In this document: in pieces, positions 12,255 through 25,490 of the stretch
Layout: each line of letters opens with the position of its first letter
How positions within the stretch are numbered: the first letter of the stretch is position 1
Source of the DNA: Macrostomum lignano
Taxonomy: Eukaryota
DNA length: 64,000 bases
Reading direction: 5' to 3'
Assembly: GCA_002269645.1 (NCBI GenBank)
Contig: NIVC01003906.1
Coordinates: 1 to 64,000 of the forward strand
Made by a program: the position numbers and the translations under genes
The notes under the pieces: model-generated
Database searches by the model: none
What the model was told of the DNA's origin: nothing
What the model saw: the letters and a program-made list of their open reading frames with translations, nothing else

Positions 12255-15232
12255 TCACTTCTCAGCGGACTCCTGAAATTATAACAAAATATTTACAGTC
12301 AGTCATCATTAGATTGAGCACTTCTACTTAAAAAATGTTCCATGAATGTAGAATTGAAAATTCAGTTTTTTTATGAGTGCTCTCTGAGAGTCAGTGGTCC
12401 TAGTACGATTCCGCAAGTTAAAAAAGTTCTGCTTTAGTTGACAAGTATTATTGTACAAGTAATACAATACTACATGCAAACTATAGTATATAATAAAATG
12501 TTCTAGTATGTATTAGTGCACCTTTACTATAATATCAATACTCCTGCACTATAGTATTAGTACACATGTACTTTAGTATCAGTGCACCTGTACTATACTA
12601 TCAGTACAACTGCACTATAGTATTATTGGACCTAGACATCCCACTACAGTATTAGTACACCTGCAGTAAAATATTACTACATCTGTATTAAGCTACCCCT
12701 CCATTCCCCCTCCCTTACCGATTCTCCCTTTTCCTCGGCCGCCTGCTCGGGCACTTCTTCCACCTGAAATTAGACGATTAATTAATCAATTTATCCATTC
12801 ACTTACGGGTGTACTTTTATTTAGCTATTGTGGCATAACATTTAATACCTTCTCAAGCTCTTGTTTCTCCTCAGCTTCATCCTCCGCGTCACCGATGCCC
12901 GTCCCAGCCTCTTCTTCTTCATCAACCTGCCCGTTTCTGAGCGCCGCCTCGCGCTCCTCTTTGCGTCGGTCGCGCAGTTTCTTCTCGTTTTCGATTGCGG
13001 CGAAAAAGTCCGCCTCCGCCTTCGCAACCAAATCCTCATGCTCCTCGTCTCTGTGCTCCTCCTCTTCCTCCTGGTGTTGGGATGAAGATATTAGTGGATT
13101 AAGAGAGAAAGTTCATCTGACCCAATGATCATGTCACTATGTGGATCAGCTGACCCACTGGTCCTGAATCTATCCCACTCTATGGGTCAGCTGACCCACT
13201 AGTCCCGAATCTATCCCATTCTATGGGTCAGCTGACCCACTGATCCTGGATCTATCCCACTCTATGAGTCAGCTGACCCACTGATCCTGGATCTATCCCA
13301 CTCTATGGGTCAGCTGACCCACTGATCCTGGATCTATCCCACTCTATGGGTCAGCTGACCCACTGATCCTGGATCTATCCCACTCTATGGGTCAGCTGAC
13401 CCACTGATCATGAATCTATCCCACTCTATGAGTCAGCTGACCCACTGATCCTGGATCTATATCACTCTATGGGTCAGCTGACCCACTGATCCCGAATCTA
13501 TCCCACTCTATGGGTCAGCTGACCCACTGATCCTGGATCTATCCCACTCTATGGGTCAGCTGACCCACTGATCATGAATCTATCCCACTCTATGAGTCAG
13601 CTGACCCACTGATCCTGGATCTATATCACTCTATGGGTCAGCTGACCCACTGATCCCGAATCTATCCCACTCTATGGGTCAGCTGACCCACTGATCCTGG
13701 ATCTATCCCACTCTATGGGTCAGCTGACCCACTGATCCCGAATCTATCCCACTCTATGGGTCAGCTGACCCACTGATCCTGGATCTATCCCACTCTATGG
13801 GTCAGCTGACCAGATTTGCATTCTTCTAATATCAGTGAAACTGTATAAAATCTTCCGAATTTCTCACTCTAGTCTGGCAGCTCATGTGATCGAAATAAAT
13901 TATTTAAAGGAAGCTAAAATTGCTTCTTTCGTGTTCTGATCCAGTAAACAGGTGAATTTGATGAATAGAAGGTTTTTCCGTGAAAATTTGTGTACAAAAA
14001 TGCGGAAACTTTGATCTACAACAAACGGCAGCCCAAGTCTTATGCTCCTAGAAGCAGAAGATTACCGGCGGAGCGGGCGTTTTGGCACTTCGAGTGCTCA
14101 ATGGTGTCTCATTGCCACTGACGCTCTGCTAGATGAAGTTGGTTTGACCATTTTATAATTCGATTTTTTTAACTTGTTAGTCTGTTATTAAACAATCCAA
14201 AATAAGTTACAAAACATGTAAACTGTACGTGTGTCGTGGCTAAGAATTTGTTCAATGCTAAGGGGATTAAGCATTCGAAATTATGTCTAACATTTCAATA
14301 TAGATTTTGCATAAACATATACGAGATTTCAGCTGACTCCCTTGAATTTCTTGCAAAGGGGTCAGTTGACCCTCCTGATTTTCACGAGTGAGGGGTCAAA
14401 TGGCGGGGTCAATTTTCACGGGAGGTCAACTGACTCCCTGATTTTTTTCTTCGTGAAAGGGGGCCAACTGACTCCCTGATTCTATCAAAGAAGGATTCAA
14501 CTGACTCCCAGATCTTATTTTCTCGAGAAGGAGGTCAACTGACTCCCTGATTTTCTTGGGGGGTCAACTGACTCCCTGATTTTCTTGGGGGGGGGGTCAA
14601 CTCACTCACTGGTTTTTTGCGGGGAGGTCAACTAACCCATTGTTTCCCGCCAACACAGGGGTCAATTGACCATACTGAATTGCTCGCGGGGTGGTCAGCT
14701 GACGTATCAATCTCCCCAAAAAACTCACCGCTCCACCTTTCTTCTCCTTCAGCTTCATCTCGCGATGCCGCGACTCCAGAATCTTCTCTCGTCGAGTTTC
14801 CCGTTCGAAAATCGCGTTCACCAGATTTCGCTCGTTCCGGTTTTGCGCGTAGAAGCCTTCGGACAGCTCCACGATGGTGGCGACTCCCGACTGGCTGCCG
14901 CAGGCCATGAGCCGGCCGTGCTCCTGCAGGCGGAGGCACTGCAGCGGCTCGTCGCAAACCTGCACAGTCAGTGTCGGGTCGTTCTGCTTGAACAGCAGGT
15001 CCCACACGTCCAGGGTGCCATCAGTTTTCGATGTGAAGAACACCCCGGGTCGGGCGGTGGACCAGCAACCGTCCGTGAGGCCGCACTGGTGATACTTGGT
15101 CCACATGATGGCGTTCTCTTTGATGTCCTCCGACCAGATGCGGGCTGTCCAGTCGCCAACTGACATGAAAACCTGCGGATGGGGGGGGGGCGGGGTTGTC
15201 TATCTCAAGCACTCGATGTCTGTGGGCAAAAT

Positions 15233-15264
<32 letters not shown>

Positions 15265-15267
15265 CTA

Positions 15268-15332
<65 letters not shown>

Positions 15333-15351
15333 GGCAGACAGACAGACAGGC

Positions 15352-15414
<63 letters not shown>

Positions 15415-15416
15415 TG

Positions 15417-15454
<38 letters not shown>

Positions 15455-16592
15455 ATAAGCTCACCTTAGGAAACTGCGGGTTCCTCTGCAGGGCGTACAC
15501 CGGCCCAATGTGTCCGGGATACACAGCGACAATTTTATCGGCGTCAGTTTTGCCTTTCCTGTTGCAAGCGAAAATCGCGCCCTGCTCCGAGCCGGCCATG
15601 AACTTAGTGGGAATTGTCGGCTCGTATTCGAGCGAGTAAGCGCCGTGAGCGCAGGCCAGGTCCTGCTTCTTTGTCGGATCCAGGCACAGCCGTTCGATCG
15701 GTTCGGACAGCTTTCGAGTGTCCCACCAGAGCACTTGACCGTCCGTGGACACTGAGAAGCACTCTGTACCGGTTTTGCTCTGGTTCCAAATCACTTTCCA
15801 TACCGGATCGCGATGTCCGTTGGCCACCTCTGTTGACTCAACAGGTTGCGAACCTTTCCTTGAGTCCCAGTAGGCAATTTGACCGTTGTAGCAACCTCCA
15901 ACCAGGACGTGCGAGTCCTTGGGATTGTACTCCAGGCAAACAAGTGGCGACACCGGCTTAAGAGCGAGCTCCGGCTTGTTGGGATTGATGACGTCCCAGA
16001 GGTAGGACTCGGTGGACGTGTCCTTCGGCGCCCGCTGGAAATCCGTGTTGCAGTAGGCGATGGCCAACTTTGTTGGCCCATCCGGGTACCAGCTGATGTG
16101 CGCCACGCCGCGGTCTTTGCAAGGATCTCTGAACACGTTGATGGTCTTGGCGGAGGGCGGCTCTTCCGTTGCTTGAATCTCAATATCGCTGAAGTAGTCC
16201 TGGTAGATGTCTATAGCGTTGTTCTGCCTGATGCAGTGCTCCATCTGGTTGCCGAGGTTCTGCACCGTACTGACGTACATTTCGTCTTTTTCGACCTTCT
16301 TACGAAACCGGATCACCTGTTCTACCTCCTGCGGATTGACGTCCTTCGGCCAGCCGCCCTCGGCGTGATTGACGCCATGGGAGTCAGTCTCAAATCGCTC
16401 GGTGTTCACATCGTGCTCGCTCATCTCCTGGACTACTTGGATGGCCCTGTCGACGGGGTCGCGCTCGAGGAACTCCTTCAGCGCTTCCGGGTTGGGCGCG
16501 ATGTCTACCAGCAGCTCCGAGGGTCGGTCGCTGAAGATGCATTGGCGACCGAAATCGGCGCGCTTTTTCGTGTATACGTACTGGATCTCCAT
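12255..16592 (-). CDS. DNAI2: Axonemal outer-arm dynein intermediate chain 2 (WD40), join(16592..15465,15172..14729,13070..12849,12763..12719,12272..12255), 618 aa
   Basis: Starts [18 protein letters not shown]; WD40 repeats ([45 protein letters not shown]); acidic C-terminal tail; all introns GT-AG, phase 0. Confidence 0.93.
13120..13812. repeat. 41-bp minisatellite, about 17 copies, in a DNAI2 intron
   Basis: Unit CAGCTGACCCACTGATCCTGGATCTATCCCACTCTATGGGT. Confidence 0.95.
14355..14705. repeat. Degenerate GGTCAACTGACTCCCTGATT repeat in a DNAI2 intron
   Basis: About 9 imperfect copies with T/G spacers. Confidence 0.8.
15232..15455. repeat. (GACA)n microsatellite filling a DNAI2 intron
   Basis: Lies in intron 15174-15464; creates the false read-through in ORF 15021..16679. 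Confidence 0.95.
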
Positions 16593-19500
16593 GGCAACCA
16601 CCGGGTAGCGCGGTTCTTCGCTGAAATCGGCAAAGGACCAATATATTGTAATGTAATTCACGAAATAAATATATTTCATGAATATCTTATAGCAAATATT
16701 TATTTGAACTATATCACTTAATAGCTATTTTATAATTATCACAGTGATTATTATAAGTATTTTAGAGATAGTTCATCTACAGACACTGAAGATCTCTTCT
16801 TGTATCAAAACTGAAGAACCATCAGGCATATGTGCATGTAACCAGTTCTCTTCAAAAGTTTGAGGTTGTGTGCTAAAAAAGAATCTCACAAAGAAGAAGT
16901 TATCGTTCCTGTAAAATGTATTGTAGTATCTACCAATTTCATTTAAAAATAAAATCGACATTCATTAGTTCAAATCATATATATTATTACATAAAAATCT
17001 TAAAGCAACAGAACAGAATGTCCACACTCCTTAATTCAATTATATTTTTTATATGATGATATTAGAGATTGGAGATTAATATTTAGTGAATAAGTTTCAG
17101 AAATAACTTTATATATTTCTGCTTCGGAGAAGATACACATATCGGAGAAAATGCAAAACGTAATACAGATAGTATTATAGTATTGATAATCATCACAATA
17201 AAATTTTCAGCTATTTTGAATCCTTAATTATTTCCTTGATATCTATCCATTGCTATGGCTGTGCTACCTGCCAAGAAAAAGCTTAAAACTAAAAAAGTCA
17301 TATATGAATATATAAAATAGTACGAGTATATAGTTCCCGTCCCGTTATTTTGCTACTTTAGTTGAATATAGAACCCATTCAAGAATTCCATCTTATAAAA
17401 TCGAAGTCATTTTTGTACTCAGAAATCGATCGCATCCGGTCGCAATGCAACTAACAACCAAATAAAATATTTTGTTTAATAAAGAAAACAAAAAGAAAAC
17501 TAACGAAAGTCGCAATTTATGCTTTTACTTTTTTTGCAGCATTGTAACTCGCCGACTGTTTTTTGGCTTTGTTTTACTCGTAATATACTAAAGCCCGTTG
17601 AATATGTTTCAAACTACGAAGTCATACACAGCTCAGCTCAGCGCAAGTAAGTCGTTCAAAATTTTAAAAGTTTCAGCTTTCATCCAATAAAAAGTTTTCT
17701 TTCATCCATCTTTTCACTGCAAAGCCACTTTGAAATTTTTTTTCCATGCTTTGAAATATCAAATAGTATTTTTTACTAATAAACGAATACTCAAATGACG
17801 TTTATGCTTAAAGAGCGTATTAAATCGATATTAATATTATTATTATTATTATTAAATCGAATTACATTCAATGGGGTAGTCACTTTCAGAATCTTGTGGG
17901 ATATCGGTTTTGAGACCATGAAATCACTTGTAAAGGATAAATACTCAGAAAATACTCGATTTATGAAACACAGCTTGGACACAATTCTGATCGAATTGAC
18001 GACTCTCTGTATTTGCAGAAAATAAATTTAAGTTGAATTTAAATTGAATGAAGCGCGCAGAAATTTTAAATCAGCAGGTAGAAGTTTTGCAGGTGTGTTC
18101 AGTGTAATAAAAAGAAGACCAATGCAAATGCCGCAAGCGGACGCGCGTGCTTGCGCAAAGGCGACAGGATTAATTTGCTACAAGGGTATTGGGGAAAGCG
18201 CGGCGCGCCACCGCAAGACGCGAAAGCAACTTGCGATGCATCTGAATTGCGATTTGGATCTGGCTGCAGGCCGCCGCCCGCCAGCTACATTGGGGCAATA
18301 TGAGATTTGCTGGAATCCCAGACGACCCATTTGAACTGCGTGTTTCGGGGTGGCGGCCGGTTGCTTTTTTTGCAACGGCTGGCAGTGGCGGCGCGCGCAA
18401 AAAGAGCCTGAAGGAGCGAACGGTAGAGCTGGGAGCGGAAACGGCCCTCGGGGGAGGGGAGGGGGGTGGTAGGGGGAATTGCGGGTTGGCATGCGAAGCC
18501 TTGGAATCAGAGTTCCTCAGACAGCTTCCTTTCCTAATTTCCCCGAGCCTCGCTCGCAGCGCGCGCCGCACCATCTTATTCCTTAGCTGCTGCTGCTGCA
18601 TGGGCTGTAGGGCTCTTGCCGCCGCTGCCGCCGCCGCCGCCGCTGCCGCCACCCGGCCAGCCCCACCCCCTGCCCCTACACTTTCAGCGCGCTGCGTGTC
18701 CCCGGGTCCCATTCCGCGCATCCCCCCCCTGGCCGGCTGTCCGTCTCTCCCACCCCTTCCACCCCCTAAACCAAGCCAAGCCTTCAAATTGTTTGGCCGT
18801 GCGGCGCTGCCGCGGCGACTCGCGGCTGTGCCGGCCGGCCGGCCGCATCTATTTGACGAGCAACGCGCGGAGCCCGGCGGCCCCCCGCGCGGGTAGGTGA
18901 AGTGAAGAGGAAACTGCGAAGGCTAGAGAAAAAAATAAGCTATAGGCCTATATGACTAGGCTAGCCCAGCTAGGTATATAGCCAGAGCTGGGCATCTCAA
19001 TGACGCGCGGGCGGCCAGTAAAAAGGGGGTGGATGAAGTGAGCGAGAGCGCCCCGCAGAGGTGACGACAACGTAGAGAATGGAGTGGACAGGCCCCTGGC
19101 CAAAGAGAGAAGAGAGACAGACGCAGCGGCTTTAGTAGCCATTTGCCAAACCCGGATCCACAGCTTAGCTGGGATCGTTTCTCTCCTCTGCACCCGACCT
19201 TCCTCCTCCCTCCGGAGGCGGGCGGACGGGCGGGCGCTCGCGCGTCGTCGTCAGGCCGGCGCTCAGGGCTGATCGCGCGCCTCGCCCCGGGCCCGCATCC
19301 GTATGCGGCAGCGGGAACAGAATATTAACTAACTAGCTAATAGCTGCTGCGGGCCTCCAGTCTGTCTACGTGAAGCTTTGGCTCACAGTGAGAGCAGAGA
19401 GGCCAGGCCAGGCATTGGGGTTGGGCGGGGCAGAGTTCGCCGATTAGGGATTTAGGAGCAACGCCGCTGCTGCCGGCTTGGCTGCTGCCCCGCTCTGCTG

Positions 19501-21244
19501 GCAGCACTGGCAGAGGCTGAGAGCGGGATGGACTTACAGAGAAAAAACAGAGAAAAATGAGACAGCTACCCGAGCGCCGAGCGTCCCTTGCTCAATCACC
19601 CGGACCTCCCAGATTTAAAGCGCGAAGGCCATACAACTTGTCAGATAGTTTTAACAATCAATCTCAGAAACTTGGGGAGGCGTCCATCTGACCATATTGA
19701 CTTCCTGTGGATGGCTCCACAATTGGAGTTAAGCAATAATCTTTTTAGTCATGGAGGGCAGCGTCATGGGGGGCAGCGAGTGAAAGGGGCGCTCGGCCCC
19801 GACAGGATGTGGAAGGACTGGGAAGGAGGCGACGGGCAAGGCGGGCCCAGTAGTCGCAATTTTTGTTGTTGTTGGAGATGTGGCGCGCACATCTGGCATC
19901 CAGGAGTTTCGCTCCATGCGGCATCCCCCTTCTGCCGCCCCCTCCCTCCCCAGGAGCTCCAAGCTGGGCAAACAAGTAGGGACCCGCCGCCGGGCCCCCA
20001 ATCCATCCCTCTCCAATCCCTCAATCTCGAAGCATATTCGCTCGCTCGATTGCGCAATCAGCGCTTGGTTGCGGCGGGCGGGCGGGCGGGCGGCCCCCCG
20101 TCAGAGCTGAGCCGTGCAGACCGAATCGAAGCTGCTGGAGACCCATTGCGCAGATTGGCTTGGCTTGGCTCCTTTCTCTCTTCAGGGCTATTATCGGCGG
20201 GCAAAGCGGGGGCGCGGGAACGACAGTCGGAGCGGAACAAAGCCCCCCTGCCCCCCGGTTTTTCTCTCTTAGGCAGGGGCAGCTCGCGGCCCGCAACCCG
20301 CCCCCCTGTCGCCAGCTGTGGGATTTTCAGAGAGGAGGAAATGGGAATCGCGGGGAGGAGCGAAGCCGAGCCCAGAGCCAGGAGGAAGAGAGACGCCGGG
20401 GACCCGGGGGCGCGCGGCGGTAACCCAATCTTCCTCCTCTCGCTTCTCCTCCCCCGCCCTCTGTTTCTTCCTCATTTCCCAAAGCCCCTTTTCATCGCTC
20501 GCCTCGCGCGATCCCGGCAGTTGGCAGCCAGCCTGGGCCTGTCTCTCCTCTCCTCCCCTTCCCCCTTCATCCGCGCGCTCCATTTCCCGCGGGCCATTTC
20601 GCGCGCTGGCCCCGCCATGGAAGAAGCGATGGACCTTACTAAACTGCTCCCCTTTGCCTGCTCCGGGTGCTCCCGCTCCTCTGCTTCATGGCAATCCCTG
20701 GCAATGACCGGCACTGCCAATGAGAACAAAGACTGAGGAAATAGCGGCGGTGTTGCTTTTTGCCTTTGCTTTTTTCGTTTTCGCTCTTTGATTTTGGAAT
20801 TTCTTTTTCTTCACTTTTTGTTTATTCTTCTGTGGATATTAAACACGGTATTGTGAGGGAGTTCATCTCAGTTTATAAAAATAAAAATTCTCACGAACTC
20901 TACCGAAAAATCATATTTTTGACCAGATGTTTGCTGTCTGCTGGGGTCTCCCCTATTGTGTTGCTTGCGTTTGCGGAAATGGCACCGCTTCTTATGCATT
21001 TATAAATGCATAAAGCGCATATTGACATTTGTAACAAAGCTACCGGCGCACAATTGAATTTGAACCCCCAAGTAAAACAAACTTCTTAGTTTGCCCGATG
21101 ATCCTCTTCTTTTGGTGCGAAATCAAAACAGAAAGTTCTGACGACCTGTCAGGTACTCAGTTCACTTGATGATGAACTAAGAACTTACTCAATTTCGAGT
21201 TTTGAGTGAATGCAATGCACATATAAATCAGTCAAGTGCAAATA

Positions 21245-21910
21245 TTGTTGAATCAAGTGCAGACATGAGTGAATGCAGAAATGAGTGAATGCAGAGATGA
21301 GTGAATGCAGAGATGAGTGAATGCAGAGATGAGTGAATGCAGAGATGAGTAAATGCAGAGATGAGTGAATGCAGATATGAGTGAATGCAGAGATGAGTGA
21401 ATGCAGAGATGAGTGAATGCAGAGATGAGTGAATGCAGAGATGAGTGAATGCAGAGATGAGTGAATGCAGAGATTAGTGAATTCAATGCAGGGATAATTG
21501 AATTCAAAGATGAGTGAATCCAAAGTAGAGATTAGTGAATTCCAAGCATAGATGAGTGAATCCAATGCAAAGATGAGTGAATCTCAAGCAGAGATGAGTG
21601 AATCCAATGCAAAGATGAGTGAATCTCAAGCAGAGATGAGTGAATCCAATGCAGGGATGAGTGAATCTCAAGAAGAGATGAGTGAATCCAATGCAGGGAT
21701 GAGTGAATCCCATGCATAGATGCGTGAATCCCATGCAAAGATGAGTGAATCCCATGCAGATATGAGTGAATCCCATGCAGATATGAGTGAATCCCATGCA
21801 AAGATGAGTGAATCCAATGCAAAGATGAGTGAATCCCATGAAAATATGAGTGAATCCCAGGCAAAGATGAGTGAATCCCATGCAAAGATGAGTGAACGCA
21901 GAATTAAGTG
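21245..21910. repeat. Compound satellite: 16-bp units grading into 21-bp units
   Basis: GAGATGAGTGAATGCA, then GATGAGTGAATCCCATGCAAA. Confidence 0.95.
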
Positions 21911-22555
21911 AATAAAAAAGAAGTTTATTACACTTGTCTTAGGTGATAATATTCATGAATTTATCCTGAAATGCTGGATTCATTTTTTATTTTGTACAGA
22001 AAGAGATGCCATAATGAATAAGAGTAAAATAATGCATTGTTTTGCTTAAAACTGATTAAAACATTGAAGCAATTCACAGGCAGTCACGCGTGAATTGTGA
22101 TTAGAATAGCATGTTTTGACCGGGATATGCCAAATAAAAAGCAGCAATTGAATTTGACTGCAATTGTTATCAGACAGAATGCTAATGTACACGAATTTTG
22201 AGAAGTTCAAAATTTACAACTGACAGACACAGATTAAAGCGATAGGGATAGTTTGAGAACAAAGGATTTCACATAAATGCTACAAGTGACGAGAAACTAT
22301 GCTACAAACAGAGATTTAGAAACTGTTTAAATTATTTACATAAATATCGATATTTGTTAATAAGTAGCAACACTTGGAACGAAATTTGACAACAACAATT
22401 TAATTGAAGCTTGAATGTCAAAGATATTGTACTAATAGAGACTTAAGAGATTAAAGATTTGCCATTTACAAGAAATCGATTGCTATTGAATCCTTTCTAA
22501 TCTGTGTACAACATAGCAATTTGCCGTAGGTTCGGTCATCAGGTACAAAAAGCAG

Positions 22556-25490
22556 TCAATTGCTAGCATTACTGTTTGCTTGCAGCAAGGTACGGCATCG
22601 GTTCTGCAGTTTGTTAATCCTCTCAAATACTTTAACAGCTGGGCCCAGTTTCAGGCCGAGACCGGCGAGCACGTCCATTCGCTTCATCAGCATCAGAGAG
22701 GCGCCGTCTATCTCTTGATCGACAAATGCCTGAGCAGCCAGAGGGAAGCCTTCGGATAGGAGCCAGGATTTCACTTGGGCGATGGTCCACTTGCTGGCGT
22801 CGAATGGATTCGGGTCGTCTAGAAATACAGGCGACTTCCTGCTGGAGTTGGGAGAGACAAATCAAGCGAATGAAATTAGCTTTTTACCATAGAAGTTTGA
22901 ATTAGAAAACTAGATTCAATGGTCTATCTAGTTGGAAGCTTTTACCATAGACACTAGCTAGTTAAGGTGGTTTTACCAGGCATTGGCTAGCTGGGATGGA
23001 GTTTTACCATAAACACTAGCTGACTAACGTCTAGCTGGGGTGGGATTTTACCATAAACACTAGCTGACTAACGCCTAGCTGGGGTGGAGTTTTACCATAA
23101 ACACTAGCTGACTAACGTCTAGCTGGGGTGGGATTTTACCATAAACACTAGCTGACTAAAGTCTAGCTGGGGTGGGATTTTACCATAAACACTAGCTGAC
23201 TAACGTCTAGCTGGGGTGGGATTTTACCATAAACACTAGCTGACAAACGTCTAGCTGGGGTGGGATTTTACCATAGACACTGGCTGATTAACGTCTAGCT
23301 GGGGTGGGGTTTTACCATAGACCACTGGCTAGTTAAGATGATTTTACCATAGACTGGCTAGTTGGGTGGAATTTTACCATAGACACTAACTGACTAACGT
23401 CTAGCTGGGGTGGGGTTTTACCATAGACACTGGCTGACAAATCAGAGTCTGCAATATAGACTGTTGCATAAATTTATATTTAGGTCCACGGTTTCTACCA
23501 TGCGCGTTACTCACCTATTCATTGATCCGTCATCCTCGATCTTCTGACAGGCTGAGCAAATCCACTTGGCCTCGCTAGCCGGCTTCTCCGGTATCTTCGG
23601 CCGGTGGCAGCTGACGTGGTAGCCCTTGTCGCAGGCGTCACAGATAAGCATCAGCTCCGCGTCGCCTGGATCGAGGCAGACGCAGCAGGTCTTGCACTCG
23701 GAGCACTGCCAAGGCGACTGGCGGGCTCGAGAGGCCAGCTCAACTGAGTAGAGCATGCAGCTAGGATGGGCCCGGTGGCTGCAGTCGCGGCAGGTTAGCA
23801 ACTGCTCAGGGACGCCCATTCGATTAGCTCGGCCAGAGGACAAGCAAAAATCGCAGAGTTCATCGTCAGACTGCTGCTGATTAAGCTCTTGCTCAATGTC
23901 CTGCTCAGAGTCTTCATGATGTTGCTGCTGCTGCTGCTGCTGCTGGGAACGCTCTTCCAGCGAAGCAGCAGATGCTTTGGATTGTTTTCGAGTTTTCTCT
24001 TTGTTGTGCTTTGACTTGGTCGTAGCCGGCGATTCACTTGGTTGACTTTGGCGTCGCTCCTTCTGCTCGGTTGGATTTGGCGATCCGGCGGTCGCCGGCT
24101 TCTCAGCGACTACGGCGGAAGCGGCGGCTACTGCTGGGGATGCTGAGTCCCTGGCAACGCCTTTGACTCGCGAGATGACCACGGTTGGAATTGGTGGTAG
24201 GGCCTGCTGCGGTTGCTTAGTGACAGACGAAGGCTGCGATGTCGGAGAGTGCTCAGCAGACTGAGCCGCTGGCGTTGCCGTAGTGTCTGCCACAGAGACA
24301 GACGTGATGCAGTAAGCAGGTGGCGCAGTTTCACTATTAGAGGAGCAATTACTTGAGCTGGAACTGGCGGTGGAGGCTGGCTGCCGCTGCTGCTGCTGAG
24401 GCAAGCAATGGCCAACTGACAAGTCCAGCGGTTCGCTCAGGTCCGACTGAGCTGGCTCGCTCGGTCTCGGCCGCTTAGCCTGGGGCGGGTGAAGCTGCTG
24501 CGACTGCTGCTGCTTGTTGCTGTTGCTGCTGCTCTCCTTGCGCTTTTTGAGCGCCTCCTTATCGCGACGCTTCGATCCGTCCGGGTCGAGAGTGTACCGG
24601 CCGGTGGAGACGCGGCACAGTCCGCCAGTGGACGCCTCGCGTTCGAGCGCCATCTCCAGAGTTTCGCCCTGCAGAGGCTCCGCGCCTGGCGCCGAATCCT
24701 CTTCTTCAGACGTCGCCGACGGCAGGCAGCGCAGACGATCGGCCACGTCCTGAACGGTGAAGCCGGAGGCGAGCGCGTCGGGCTGATCGCTGGCCAGGCT
24801 GCCGACTGCGGCCAACAGGCGACGACTGGTGGCGCTGCTGTTCAACACGCTGCTGATGAGGGAGCCGCGGCGCCATTTTGAAGCATTCCGGTAGGACACG
24901 GAGCCTTTGTACTCGACCTTCAGCACCGAGCCGTCGTCAACTAGACGCTCGAGCAGCTGTACAATGGCCTCCCGTTGGAGACCGTGATGCCGCGTCACCA
25001 TCGAACAGATCCGATCAATATCTGGCCGGGCCTTCCGCTCGCGCAGTTTGTCAATGATGGTCAGGATCATTGTGCGGATCGGCTCATCGCCGAGAGCAGC
25101 CGCTGCAGCCGCGGCGGCTGCTGCTGCTGCGGCGGCTTTTTCCGCGGAACGCTGCTGCTGCTGCTGCTGCTGCTGCGACGGTGGCGGAGAAGACATCGTT
25201 GTGGACGTGACAATGGCGGCTGCGTGTTCGGGCAGCTGCTGAGCGGCGGCCGGATTATCCGGACGCTGTTGAACTAGCCGATCAACCGAGTGTCCGATGG
25301 AGGACTTGACCGGTGCCGGTGCATGACAGATGTTGTTGTTCTCGCCTAGGCTGGCACTGGTATTATTATTAATGGCAGCCTTTGCACCGCCGTGGTGATG
25401 ATGGAGCTGATGGTGATAGCTAGCCACCACCTGCTGCGACGACAGGAAGCCAGGCGGGATGGCCGTCTGCACTGGCAGAGCGCGGGCCAT
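22556..25490 (-). CDS. Chromatin reader: two winged-helix domains, double PHD finger and atherin/SAMD1-type SAM; join(25490..23515,22838..22556), 752 aa
   Basis: WH1 TIIDKLRERKARPDIDRIC..VLKVEYKGSVSYRN; WH2 GFTVQDVADRL..LCRVSTGRYTL; PHDs CDFC..CRDCSHRAHPSC and WQCSECKTCCVC..CDACDKGYHVSC; SAM KWTIAQV..AFVDQEIDGASLMLMKRMDVLAGLGLKLGPAVKVF. The single phase-2 intron is in frame (2259 nt). Confidence 0.85.
22935..23440. repeat. 44-bp minisatellite in the intron of the WH-PHD-SAM gene
   Basis: Unit TTTTACCATAAACACTAGCTGACTAACGTCTAGCTGGGGTGGGA. Confidence 0.95.

Noticed and set aside
17791-18025. Short ORFs next to an (ATT)n tract, possibly a retroelement 3' end
   Set aside because: No recognisable motif; too short to support.
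19588-20736. 382-aa ORF and overlapping ORFs at 18170-18900 and 38595-41612
   Set aside because: GC-driven open frames in several phases, non-ATG starts and no domain motifs.
20993-21014. Perfect 22-bp palindrome TTATGCATTTATAAATGCATAA
   Set aside because: Isolated and AT-rich, with no miRNA-like precursor or element ends.
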